From contig CM097885.1 in NCBI GenBank assembly GCA_044892525.1, positions 45,820,001 to 45,884,000 on the forward strand: DNA of 64,000 nucleotides. Direction: 5' to 3'. Shown piece by piece: positions 27,540-39,000 of this stretch (the stretch's first letter is position 1; every line of letters begins with the position of its first letter). The position numbers and the translations under genes were made by a program. Source of the DNA: Schmidtea polychroa (Eukaryota). The notes beneath the pieces were generated by a model. It was not told where the DNA came from, did no database searches, and saw only the letters and a list, made by a program, of their open reading frames with translations.

Positions 27540-28068
27540 TCAATTCAAAGGTGCCTTGTTCTATGCATGGTCCCGAAGTGAACTTGAGTGTTTATAAATG
27601 CTGTATGTTTACATGCAAAACAATCTTGATTATTCTGCGTGTAATGATTTGTTATGAGTTAATACATCTCTTATTGTTTCTGACGATTGATTTTAACAGG
27701 TGAGATATCGAAGTTGACACGAGTGAAAGGATGATGTCGAATGTAAGTGATGATACAAGGTCGTCCCCTTGGACCAGGGTCGGACTGAATTATGTATGTA
27801 GAACTGGGTAAGACCTTCTAAGGCGCCATGGAACCCGAACCGAGAAAGGGTTAGGAGTAGTCTTAAGGCAGAGGCTCACCTGCTAACCTTTTCCAACCCG
27901 TGTGAGCAGCACCAACGTGGAACATCACCACGGGCTCATGCGTGGGAATACGTACATGATCATTTGGTGTATGTATGGGGAGTATCTGAGCGGAGTAATG
28001 ATGCATGGGGTGTGTGATGGTAATGCGTGCAATAATTTTCCTTTCCCCACATACGCCAACATGATTTT

Positions 28069-28086
28069 TGGGGGCTCAGCCGGGAT
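28069..28086 (+). promoter_or_regulatory. Primer-binding site, tRNA-Pro
   Basis: TGGGGGCTCAGCCGGGAT matches the MLV Pro PBS TGGGGGCTCGTCCGGGAT at 16 of 18 positions; 7 nt after the LTR. Confidence 0.88.
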
Positions 28087-28498
28087 TCTCACTTATTAAT
28101 TTCATTTGTTTGATTACCTATTATGGTGTATGACGTGTTAGATTAACAATTTAATTAATTATGATAAAAATGGAACGGGACTGAAATGAATCGATATTAT
28201 AGTTTATTAAGATGATGATACGAACTGTTTTTGCGTAAAATAGAACATGCTATGAACAAAAACGAACCTAAATGAGTTTGAATGAATGTGATTGAATATG
28301 AAGAGAAAAGAAAATGGGAATTGACTAATTTTGTTTAATTTTAAATGAATTAAATTAAAAAGAATTGTTAAAGATTGAATAAAATACATAAACTAGAAAC
28401 AATAGCGAACAAAGCCAAACGAACATTGATTACAACACGATAATATTATTTTTATTTTTGTAAGTGAGACCGAGTAATGACAACATACTTATTTAGAT

Positions 28499-28978
28499 AT
28501 GTCAGGAGCCCGACAACATCTACAACGACTAAGCCGGTTCGTCGACATAGAAAACGATTCCATAAAGACGTTAAGAGAAAAACTGCAACAAATAGAGACC
28601 CTAGAACAACAACGTCACGATGCACCTCTGATATCAAAGCAAAATTATTTAACCAATAAACTGGGAGCAACAAACACCGACACCGATTTCTCTACCCATT
28701 ACCAATGGATGCAGCAACGACTCGACGACCCCGCTCTGAACATCGAATATGTGAGAATACGCGAACAAGTAAAAACTCTGTCTCAGAGAATACGAACATC
28801 GATAGTAGAGAAAGCAGCGGCCTTGAGAACTTGTAACATTTGTAAGACGCGACCTGCCAGAATTCTAATTCTACCTTGTGGACACCTTAGCCATTGTGAC
28901 GAATGCGCCGTCAGTTTAACGCATTGTTCTTTATGTGTATGTGTGATAAAGGAGAAGCACACGATTTACTTCAGTTAG
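28499..28978 (+). CDS. Coiled-coil protein with C-terminal IAP/MDM2-type RING finger
   Basis: CNIC..RPARILILPCGHLSHCDECAVSLTHCSLC...I....IYFS-stop. Confidence 0.85.
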   Translation: MSGARQHLQRLSRFVDIENDSIKTLREKLQQIETLEQQRHDAPLISKQNYLTNKLGATNTDTDFSTHYQWMQQRLDDPALNIEYVRIREQVKTLSQRIRTSIVEKAAALRTCNICKTRPARILILPCGHLSHCDECAVSLTHCSLCVCVIKEKHTIYFS

Positions 28979-29561
28979 CACGCGATCAGCACTCGGTGAA
29001 AGAATTGATCTGATTGACGATTTGACTAAATCCTTTATGTTTAATTGATGTGCCAACAATTTTCTAGTAAATTTGTATATTGCATGTGGCTTAAGCCAAA
29101 TAATGAATAGAATGTTTTGTGTGTTCATTTTATTGTGAATTCAGTAACTTTATGATAATTTTCACCATAGAGAGAGAGCATCTATAAATTTAATTTAAAC
29201 AAATAATATAAAGTGGAGCTAGTCCCAACATAGGGTTAAAGGGGGAATAAACCGAGCCACCTTCGAGAGGTACGATACACGAGAAACCGTTCGGGAGGGA
29301 ATAACCGATCACCCCGAGTAAGAGATGTAAGGCGAGGTACCATCGCGAATATTGAAAAGTTTCTGCGGTATGGCTGATCACCATACCAATGTAGAAATGG
29401 ATCAATGCGATCGTTTTGCGTTTTGAGCAAGGGGGGAAAGGGGAAACATTCTCAAGCGGTAAAGGTTAAGTCGACAAATAAAAAGTAAAAATAAAAGGAA
29501 AGATGACAGTCTAGAATAAAGGTAAAGAAGAAGTGGAAGCATGCAGAGTCGGAGATAGTAA

Positions 29562-30017
29562 GGCCGAGCTGTTGAATAGTCCAGCCGGTCAGGGAAATTG
29601 AAACTGAGCTGTAAAAAGTCCAGCCAGTCGGAGATATTAAGGCCGAGCTGTTGAATAGTCCAGCCGGTCAAAGAAAATGAAAACTGAGCTGTGAAAAGTC
29701 CAGCCAGTTCGGAGATATTGAGACCGAGTTGTTGAATAGTCCAACCGGTCAGAAGGAAGAAGATTGAGCTGTTGAATAGTGCCAGCCAGTCGTAAGGTCG
29801 AGTTGTTGAATAGTCCAACCGGTCAGAAGGAAGAAGATTGAGCTGTTGAATAGTGCCAGCCAGTCGTAAGATCGAGTTGTTGAATAGTCCAACCGGTCAG
29901 AAGGAAGAAGATTGAGCTGTTGAATAGTGCCAGCCAGTCGTAAGATCGAGTTGTTGAATAGTCCAACCGGTCAGAAGGAAGAAGATTGAGCTGTTGAATA
30001 GTGCCAGCCAGTCGTAA
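29562..30017. repeat. Tandem array in the leader: four 74-bp units and two diverged ~80-bp units
   Basis: Units start at 29725, 29799, 29873 and 29947, each holding two GAGYTGTTGAATAGT(G)CCARCC subrepeats. Confidence 0.9.
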
Positions 30018-31307
30018 AGGCCTAGAAAAGCGAGAAATAGCAGTTAAGCTACAATGAGATAATATTTAAATTAATAGCGAAATGGAATATTAAAGCTAGC
30101 TAGAAACAAATTGAATGTAATTACGAAAATTTGAATTTAGAGAGGATTAAACGAGCTCGTAGAAGATGATAGTAAAATTCTTTTAGTAGAAAAGGAGAAT
30201 CGGAAAAGGAAAATGAATTGAGGAGATAGTAAAAGTAGAGAATAAGTGTGAATAAATGACGAGTAAAAAGGAAGGTAATTAATTAATTAAAGGGGATCCC
30301 AGGTAAGTAGACAAAAGTCTACAGAATTTTTGGTTTAAACCGGATAAACAAATTTGATTTTTGGTTCCAGAGTAGAACCGAGTAAAGGGAAAAAGAGAAG
30401 AAATTAAGTATTATAGCGGAACCGCGTAAAAGGATTAAGAAAATATGGGGGGTGATAAGCAGTAACTGACGACGACCTATCGATATTATAAATGATAACC
30501 ATAGATAATTGATACGACCATATAGATAATTATTACTACTCCAAATAGATAATTTAAAATCGACGAAAACTGTGGGTTGATGGGTAACTATAGTCCACGA
30601 GGAATTGTATGGGGAAATGAAGAGAAGCATAACAGAGGCCCTAAAACGGTGTCTGTGTTTGAATGTTGCAGAAAGAATGATGAAGTCGTGTCAGCAGATG
30701 CAACACGAGATCATTTTTTCATTTTAGATATCTAACCAATCCAGTCAATCAAGCCAATCCAGAACCGGCACAAAGGAATTCGAGGAAATCAACGACCAAC
30801 CAGAAATAACCAATCCAGAACCCGCTCAGTAGGAGTAACACAACCCGAAGATTCCAAGAACGGAAGACGTCTCATAGTATAATACGACCATTTGCCAAGG
30901 ACTCGGAACACCGACAGAACCGAATTCACTCAAGTCAGCAGCCGCTAATTGTCGAGAAATCCATAAGAGACGATAAAGAGGCGTAAGAAGGAATCACGGA
31001 GAAACCAAATCTCAGATCCTCAAGTAAGTCGAGAGACGTACTATTTTCAGGAGACGAACTAGAACAGCTTAGAAGAGGACGATCCATAAAACAGCAAAGA
31101 GGAATATCACAAGGAGCAAGAAGAACAACTCAAATACCAACATTTGACCAAGAAAACCTCGGATACACCCCTAGTCGATCTAGAAGCAGAGAAAGCCTAT
31201 CCGATATAACAAACAACCTAACCGGGTCAACAGAAGAATTATCCGTCCATAACTTAGCGACATCGCTGGAAAATTTAACAGAAACAATAGGGTTACAAGA
31301 ACCAGTC

Positions 31308-33809
31308 ATGACGAATGTGGTAAAAACCGACGAATATAAAGAAAAATTTAGAGGCGAACCGTTTAACGGGAATGCGAACAAGTTGGCAACGTTCATAACC
31401 AATTTTGAAGTCTATATCGATGTGTGCGGATGGACAGCGGAAGCAATTAGCAAACGAATGCCTTTGTTTTTGTGCGATAGCGCACTCGAAGTATACCTAG
31501 AAGCAAAAGAGAGAAATACGAAGTTAGACAATTGGGAAAGCATCAAAACATTTTTGAGGAAAACCTTCGGAGCCAGCAAACCAATAAATCAAGCGTTAGG
31601 TGAACTGGCAAGTAGAAAACAAAGAGCAAACGAGTCAATAACGTTATACGCAAGCGAATTACGAAGATTGGCAAAGAAGGCCATGAACGGAAACTTGCCG
31701 GAAGAGAATCTGATTGGCTATTTCATCGAAGGACTACGCCTAGAGGAAGTAAGAGCCTCGGTGGGATGTCAAATGTGTAAAACACTAGAAGAGGCCATAG
31801 ATTCGGCCACACGATGCGAACTACACCTCCCAGCACAAATGAATGTCATGCAGGAGGAGGGAAGAATCGCAACAGCAACGGTGAAAACGGAAAATGGAGA
31901 TAACAACAACCACGAACCAAAGATGAATCAGTTTATACCAGGTGCGCATCAAATTTTCAAACCACCACAAGGACGATCCAACGGGAATAACAACGAACGC
32001 AACAACTCAAATAATGGGAACAACTTTAATAATCGACGAAATACGAACGACAGCAAACAATGCCGAACATGCGGTAAGCCAGGGCATTGGGATAGAGATT
32101 GCTATAGAAACGCCAATTGTAATAGGTGCGGACGACGAGGACACACGGAAAATATATGTCAATTAAGAGGATGTTTTAACTGTGGTCAGCCAGGTCACAT
32201 CTCAAGAGACTGCCGAGAAAGGGGCCAACAGCAACGACCACCACAGCGAAATAATAATTATGCACCAAATCAGCAACGACAAGGTAACCCCAGTGAGGGA
32301 AAACAAATGAATGTGATGCAAGAAATTTCCCAAATGAAACAAATGATGCAACAAATGATGAGACCAAGACAAGAACCAGCACCACAACAAACTCAGAATA
32401 TACGGATGATGAGGAGCACCGAGAATCTTAACGATTATGAAGTACAACAACATGCACAAGAATGGCAGAGACTACAAGCTGAAGAAGAGAGAATAAAAAG
32501 AGAGCGAATTCAGCAGCAACAAGAACAACCATTACGAATAAATATGATGAGGATGGTAAAGGAGATAAAAGAGCAATATTGCTACAATTATGGGAAAAAT
32601 CCAAGAGTAGTCCCATTGATCGAACCAGAAAAACCGAAAGAAACGATTACAGAAGCGAAAAAGGAAAATCCAACAACACCGTTAAAAGGGAATCAGAGAA
32701 TTCAGAAAATATTTTGGAAAAAGATAAAAGAAAAAATTGAAAGAGAACACGAGAAAAGCAAAACAGAAGCGGAAGCGGAAAATAACGAAAATGAGAAACA
32801 GAGTAATCATCTAAATCATGACATGATACAGGAATTAGGCTCCGAAGAGCTAACAATATTCGAGAATAAAAAGCTAAAGAAAGTTCCAAGAATGAGAAAT
32901 TTACGAATTAATATGATGAGGATGACAAAGAAGGTATTGTCAACCGATGACGATGAGGACTACGTGAGTAGCCTGGGTGGAGAGACATTGCAGTTAAATG
33001 AAAATATCGAACAACTAAGAGAGAAGGTCGGAGCAGATGAAGACGAGAGTGAAAGCGACGTGACAAGTGAAAGTGAAGATGAGAATATCGAGATGAAATT
33101 GAGAAAAGAAAGAGAGGAAGCGATAAAACAAGTAAAGGAAATACTTCCAGTGGTAGTAAGAAACCAGGAGTTCATCGACCTTATACCATATAAACGCTTC
33201 TTACAAAAGATAATGAAACTAGAAAGAAACGAAAAAGACCTGATACCAAGCGAGGAGAAAACGATAATAAAGAAGTATATGGAAAAAATGAAACAAGCGG
33301 AGACAACACGCTATGTAATAAAAATCGGAACGAGTAAAGGGCTCGAGAGAATATGGATAAAAAGTACAGTCACAGACGAGCTTTTTGATTGGATAAGAGA
33401 ACATTTGGGCAGCTCGAGAAAGAAAGAGTATTTATATCAATACCAAGGAGAACAAATTAAACCAGACATGCACCTGATAGATGCATTGATCTGGCCAGGG
33501 GAAACTCAAATATTGAAGTTGCATAAAGAGAAACAACCAGCCAATGTTTACGAATGGGCAAAGGACGCCAAGGCCGAATACGATTTTAATATCAAGCTAA
33601 AATTAGAACAAATAAAACAATGTACTTTGCGACGAAACCTAGATAAATTAATCAAACAAATCCAAGAACAAGTCGAAGACAACTGGGATTTGCTCATAGC
33701 AAAACGAACTCCAGCTATGCATGAACTAATGAGTCGACTGCGGGATACAGAATTGCTCAGGATGAGCGACTGGAGAACCATAAATCTGATCCACAAATTG
33801 GGAGGCTAA
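31308..33809 (+). CDS. gag: Gag (capsid and three CCHC zinc knuckles) with an extension containing a ubiquitin-like domain
   Basis: PFNG, RKQRANESIT.YA.ELR.LA, FIEGL; CRTCGKPGHWDRDC, CNRCGRRGHTENIC, CFNCGQPGHISRDC. The true start may lie upstream. Confidence 0.92.
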   Translation: MTNVVKTDEYKEKFRGEPFNGNANKLATFITNFEVYIDVCGWTAEAISKRMPLFLCDSALEVYLEAKERNTKLDNWESIKTFLRKTFGASKPINQALGELASRKQRANESITLYASELRRLAKKAMNGNLPEENLIGYFIEGLRLEEVRASVGCQMCKTLEEAIDSATRCELHLPAQMNVMQEEGRIATATVKTENGDNNNHEPKMNQFIPGAHQIFKPPQGRSNGNNNERNNSNNGNNFNNRRNTNDSKQCRTCGKPGHWDRDCYRNANCNRCGRRGHTENICQLRGCFNCGQPGHISRDCRERGQQQRPPQRNNNYAPNQQRQGNPSEGKQMNVMQEISQMKQMMQQMMRPRQEPAPQQTQNIRMMRSTENLNDYEVQQHAQEWQRLQAEEERIKRERIQQQQEQPLRINMMRMVKEIKEQYCYNYGKNPRVVPLIEPEKPKETITEAKKENPTTPLKGNQRIQKIFWKKIKEKIEREHEKSKTEAEAENNENEKQSNHLNHDMIQELGSEELTIFENKKLKKVPRMRNLRINMMRMTKKVLSTDDDEDYVSSLGGETLQLNENIEQLREKVGADEDESESDVTSESEDENIEMKLRKEREEAIKQVKEILPVVVRNQEFIDLIPYKRFLQKIMKLERNEKDLIPSEEKTIIKKYMEKMKQAETTRYVIKIGTSKGLERIWIKSTVTDELFDWIREHLGSSRKKEYLYQYQGEQIKPDMHLIDALIWPGETQILKLHKEKQPANVYEWAKDAKAEYDFNIKLKLEQIKQCTLRRNLDKLIKQIQEQVEDNWDLLIAKRTPAMHELMSRLRDTELLRMSDWRTINLIHKLGG

Positions 33810-33829
33810 AAGAAACGCAACCGAAGGAA

Positions 33830-36094
33830 TTGGAAATGACCATATGGTTACCAAACGAGGAGAAACGACGAATAAAGATGAGTAATCAGAGTACGGTGGA
33901 TGACTTAGTAACAAAGATAAACCAAGAAATAACGGAAAAAGTACGAAGCGAGAGTTGTGATGGTATGATAGATGATGTAGTCATGATGTACGATAAAATA
34001 ATATTACGGGCTGAGGACGACACCTCGTTAAGCGAAATGGGAATGTGGGATAATCACCAAATAATTAGAATATTGCCTATGGATGAATTCCGAACAAGAG
34101 ATGTAACATACCAGAAAGAAATACGCGACAGGATGAAGACGCTATACCAAAAATCAGTAGAGATAATTGAAATTCATCAACAGTGGCTAAAAGAAAAAGA
34201 ACTCCAAGGAATAATAAAGAAACTAAGTACTAGATCTTGCAGACGAACTCCCTGGGAAAGGATGTGGAATGCAGAAAATAAAGAGTGGGAAGTCAGGAAA
34301 GGAATTTTCGTAGAAACAGACATTGGTGAGACAGAAAGTGAATCAGAAGAAGAGGAAGACGAACCTCCAAAATACGAAGAGGAAGAGATAGAACCGGTAT
34401 CAGACGAGGGAAGCGAAACGGACGTCACGTCCGAAAGTGAAACGGAAACCAGACATATTCATGCGATGAGAAAGAAAGAACGCGAATATGCCGATATGGA
34501 CAGTGAGGAAGCGATAGAAGCTCGAGAACGAGAAGAGAAGGAAAGACATAAACAATTAGGCGGTATCTTAGTAACGGGAGCAAAAAATCAAAAACGACAA
34601 GTGGTAGCATTGGCTAACATCATTTTAAAGACATCAGAGAATATCCACAATCTAAGAGAGATGGCGAAAGCGATTGAGGAATACCGACAATATAACGAAT
34701 GGTACCCAGAACAGCTAGAACAAATTATTAGAAAATGGAGAAATCAGGAGTGGGCACAGGATACCCAGGAAAGGTATCGTATCAGAGTTAAGTACCCCGA
34801 CAAAAGCATCGAGGAATTAGAAGTGCATCCTACAACAAAGATCAGAGAGTTAAAAAAGAAATTAGCATACGAAACTCCATTTCACCTACAACTATTCGGA
34901 AAATCGTTAGATGATAATGCGGATGTCGGAATAACACCCATGAGACTGGGGGAGATCAACGTATTGACAATGGCAGAAACATTGGGAAAACCAATCAAAA
35001 GGAAAAGTAAACCCAGTAAACCCACGAAAGGTAGCTTGAGTACACCAAGCCCTAACAAAGTGGCGAGTAAATCGAATGAAACCGAGGAAATCGAAGAAAT
35101 CATATTAGAAGACAGCGATGAAGGAGCTGGAGAAAGATCACCAATTCTGGTAAGATGGCCGACAGGGGCGGAAATATGGACAACAAGCCAACCGTCAACT
35201 AGCTATCAGCAGTCAAATAAGCTAAGTATCGAGGAGATTATCGATAATACAACAGAAACCGAAACCGACGAACAATTCCAACGACAAAAAGGACCGACGA
35301 AAGCAACACCAGAAGGTCAAACGGACAAAATAATAGACGAATGGAATGAATGGCTGAGAAACAACGACAGCTCATTGCCAAGAACAGATAATGAGAGAAA
35401 CCCGAATTATGAAATGACCAGAGAAGCTGGAACAACGATGGAAAAACGGGCAAAAGGAAGACCCAAGAAACAAGGAGAAAAACCCGAATTTAAAACCAGA
35501 GAACAACTAAAACAAGAGCAAGGACAAATCAGATTAGAAAAATTGGATAAAATAGTATGGGACCTAAAAGAGGCCCAACCAACGATTGAAAGAGGTGAAA
35601 AATGGATACGAGAACTAGTAAAGGATATGTTAATAATTACAAACCCGCAATTGAGACGGTTATGGCAACGAAAAGTAGCAAGCGTAGACGCCAGACAACT
35701 ATGGAATGTAATATCCGGAATAATTCCGAAATTAATCAAAGAAAAAACGAAAACCACGAAAACGGATTGGGAGGAGACAAGGAAGGTAATTGAACAATTA
35801 ACCGTAAACGCGAACGACGACGAACATCATCTAGTGGTATTAACGTATTTAATGTACAATTTGATGGGATTAGCAGCGAGGAAAATACCTAACAAACAAT
35901 TTGCAAACCACGTTGAAATGACGGTGACAATCATTGAAAATACAATCGAACCACATATTATCCGCGCCGGCGGGTGGAAAAGGCTTATACAAGCACCAAG
36001 AAAAAACGAGCAAGAAAGATCAATGCAAATCAGGTTGAAGAAATTACTAAACGAACTAGAATGGGAAAATACCGATGAAAGATCCCGCCAGTAG
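33830..36094 (+). CDS. Polyprotein segment 2: two ubiquitin-like domains and a putative Bcl-2-like domain
   Basis: RIRVKYPDKSIEELEVHPTTKIRELKKKL...LQLFGKSLDD (Ubl); IEPHIIRAGGWKRL (BH2-like). The frame is open from 33725, overlapping the end of gag. Confidence 0.7.
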   Translation: MEMTIWLPNEEKRRIKMSNQSTVDDLVTKINQEITEKVRSESCDGMIDDVVMMYDKIILRAEDDTSLSEMGMWDNHQIIRILPMDEFRTRDVTYQKEIRDRMKTLYQKSVEIIEIHQQWLKEKELQGIIKKLSTRSCRRTPWERMWNAENKEWEVRKGIFVETDIGETESESEEEEDEPPKYEEEEIEPVSDEGSETDVTSESETETRHIHAMRKKEREYADMDSEEAIEAREREEKERHKQLGGILVTGAKNQKRQVVALANIILKTSENIHNLREMAKAIEEYRQYNEWYPEQLEQIIRKWRNQEWAQDTQERYRIRVKYPDKSIEELEVHPTTKIRELKKKLAYETPFHLQLFGKSLDDNADVGITPMRLGEINVLTMAETLGKPIKRKSKPSKPTKGSLSTPSPNKVASKSNETEEIEEIILEDSDEGAGERSPILVRWPTGAEIWTTSQPSTSYQQSNKLSIEEIIDNTTETETDEQFQRQKGPTKATPEGQTDKIIDEWNEWLRNNDSSLPRTDNERNPNYEMTREAGTTMEKRAKGRPKKQGEKPEFKTREQLKQEQGQIRLEKLDKIVWDLKEAQPTIERGEKWIRELVKDMLIITNPQLRRLWQRKVASVDARQLWNVISGIIPKLIKEKTKTTKTDWEETRKVIEQLTVNANDDEHHLVVLTYLMYNLMGLAARKIPNKQFANHVEMTVTIIENTIEPHIIRAGGWKRLIQAPRKNEQERSMQIRLKKLLNELEWENTDERSRQ

Positions 36095-39000
36095 AAAAGC
36101 GTCGATTAATTCACTAATGATGACCATGATGATATGGATGCTATGCACAAGCGGAGCATCAGGGTTTACAATTTACGACTGCGACAATTCGATAATGGGA
36201 GAAAAGTATTCCTTGAGGGATATAGAGGAATGTAGACAAGCATCTCCGAATAAATTGGATGTCGTAAAAACGAAAGTCTCCTATCACGTATACCAAGAAT
36301 CAGATTTTATTAGAACACAAGCAAGAGAATGCGTAGTATCAAAGAAAGTATTGGCATATTACTGTGGGCAATATTCGTATTCAACTCTCATATTACCCGG
36401 ATTAGATAAAGAAATAGTACCTATACAACGAGAAGACTGTAAAGAGCTTTTTAGAACTGGAGCAATGAGAATCAGAGACGGAGTGACAATACACGGACAA
36501 AGCGGAATGATAAAGACTGAAAGCATCTATGTAGCCGGACGAGTAAAATCAACTGATGGCTCATGTAACGGAGGTACATACACGATCAGAGGAGAAGTGA
36601 TATCGGGGGTAGTAGTAATCGAATCCTACACAGTGGAGTTGAAGGAATACGAAGCGCAATTCGACGCAAATAATTATCAAATGAAAACCAACCCAGCCTG
36701 CAAAGCTACGGAAAACGTGTGTAGGACGGGAATTTCGACCATAATCTATGAAGCTAACACCCAAAAATGCCGACTCCAATTGTTAAAAAGTGCCTTGTTC
36801 AACGAAGTAAAAGGAGAAATTTACGAAAACGAAGACGACGATGAAGAAAATGGAAACGTAAGGATGCGAAATGGAAAACCAGTTCCACCATCCCCCAAAG
36901 AAAAAAGACTCACAACACAAAAAACACCAACTGCACTAATTACAGATGATCCAGATATCGGTATGAGATTCATCAGAGAAAAAGAGACCACCAAATGTGA
37001 CAGTATAGTATATCGGACGAACTACGCAGGCATTTACATGTCCAGACAAGTAATAGACCGAGCAGTGGGAAAGATATCCACAGAGGACGTAAAACTGTAC
37101 CTGTATGCCAATAACAAGATGGATTTTTTATTTCATCGAGGACAAACGACAATACAAAAAGTATATTACGATCTCATACAAAATGACTGTTATTTGAATA
37201 AAGAGATACTAAAAACAAAATTGGCCATCGCGATAACACACCCAGATAATGTGATGCCATCACTCCCGTTACCGGATGGACATTTTGGCAGAATGGTGGG
37301 AGAGGTTATGTATACATATGCATGTACCAAGACGTTTGCGCGAATGCCAAGAAAACCCACAATTCCACCAGGGGAATGTGCAAACGAATTAGAAATTAGC
37401 TACAAAGGGCGGAACAGATTCGTTCAACCCGTCACTAGAATTATGAACCCAATCGGATTTTACCCAAACACCTTCAACTGTTCAAATGCATACGGGCCAT
37501 TATATGAAAAACCCGATGGGAAATGGATAATGTTACCAGTAAAAACTGAAGTACAAGAACCTAAAAAGTTTGGATTAATAGAACTCGCAACAGAACAAGA
37601 TTTCAAACCGATCGATGTGTCAAAGGCAGGTATGTACTCAGCAGAGGATTTAGAAACAGCACGACTAAACGTACTATTCCCAGCAAGGCGGGAATCCATT
37701 TTATCAAATATGGTTACCATAACTGGTGGAACAAATTTTCAATCAGGACCCAATTATGAACTATTATTGTCACCAGATCATTTTCAACAAGTCACGTCAA
37801 ACATGATGAAAGCAATGTGGGGAAGATTTCTAGTGTTCGGTCAAATGATGGCAGGAATATTGGGAATCATCTTAATTATTCAGATTGTCAGAGTAATATT
37901 GACGCAAATGTTAGCTTGTTTTGATATCTATAAGAGGGAAAAGAAAGTAAATTGGAAATTGATAGTAGGCTTCCTACCATTTTTGGCGAAAACAATGGTG
38001 TTGCACGGTCATTCGAAAGATATACACAGAATAAAACGATTAATCAAAATACTGACAAAAATAAAAGGAACTGACGAGGAAGTCGGCAGACGATTTCGGA
38101 AAACAATGTATGAGGAAGCAACAAGGGTGCAACTGAAAAAGAACAAACCAAAATTTCTAGACAGATTTAGAAATCGATCAAACAGCAGTGATAGTGATGA
38201 TGATGATAACGGGAATGACAAACACCCGTATCCAAGCAGAAACCCGAACGAAAGGCAAATAGAAACAGCACCATATTGGGAGAAAGAAAAAACAAATACC
38301 TGGATAGCTAACGGAAGCTATATACCACCAGATATCGTTGGACAACAAGCAGCTTTGACCATGACACAAAATATGTATCCACAATTACCAAGTCAACCAG
38401 GTATGAACTACATGCCGACCCGAAGAACGAAAAGCGTAGACCAAGCGGATGACGTCAGAACAATAGCAGTAATGAGTTCACCAGGAGGAGCAGCCGTAAC
38501 GGTCATGGTCCAAATCAACGGGAAAGAGACGAGCGCAATGATAGATACCGGAGCAAATGTATCAGCAATAGCAATAAACCAAATACCCAGTAAATATTGG
38601 AAAGATATTGAACAAACAACTATTCATATTATTGCATGCAGTAAAGAAACCGTAGACGTAGTAGGAAGATGGTGGACCACGTTACGATACCAAGATAATG
38701 AAATTGAAACGTATCTGGCAGTAATACCCAAACTGAGTGAACCATGTATAATCGGAACAGATTTAATGCCGGAATTGTTCAAAGAAGTGGTAATCGACTT
38801 AACAACAATGTGTCTAAAAGACAAAATGGGTAGAATATGCAAGATGAACGCAATAATCAGATGCCCGGAGAAAATAATTGTACCAACAAAATCACAAATG
38901 ATATGCCAAATAAAAGTAGATACAGGAATGGAAGGAGAAGCTATCTTCGAGCCAAGCAAATCATTCGAGAAAAGACGAGAATTACCATTAGCAAGAGAAA

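Larger units (their letters stand above)
23837..28061 (+). repeat. 5' LTR (4,225 bp)
   Basis: Direct repeat of 50311-54978 with 6-bp terminal inverted repeats TGTTGG/CCAACA. Confidence 0.97.

Noticed and set aside
29562..30017. CRISPR-like repeat array
   Set aside because: Intervening sequences are themselves repeated, there are no unique spacers or cas genes, and the context is eukaryotic.
33725..33809. Programmed -1 gag frameshift
   Set aside because: No canonical X XXY YYZ slippery heptamer seen in the overlap; a mutation or consensus error is more parsimonious, though not excluded.
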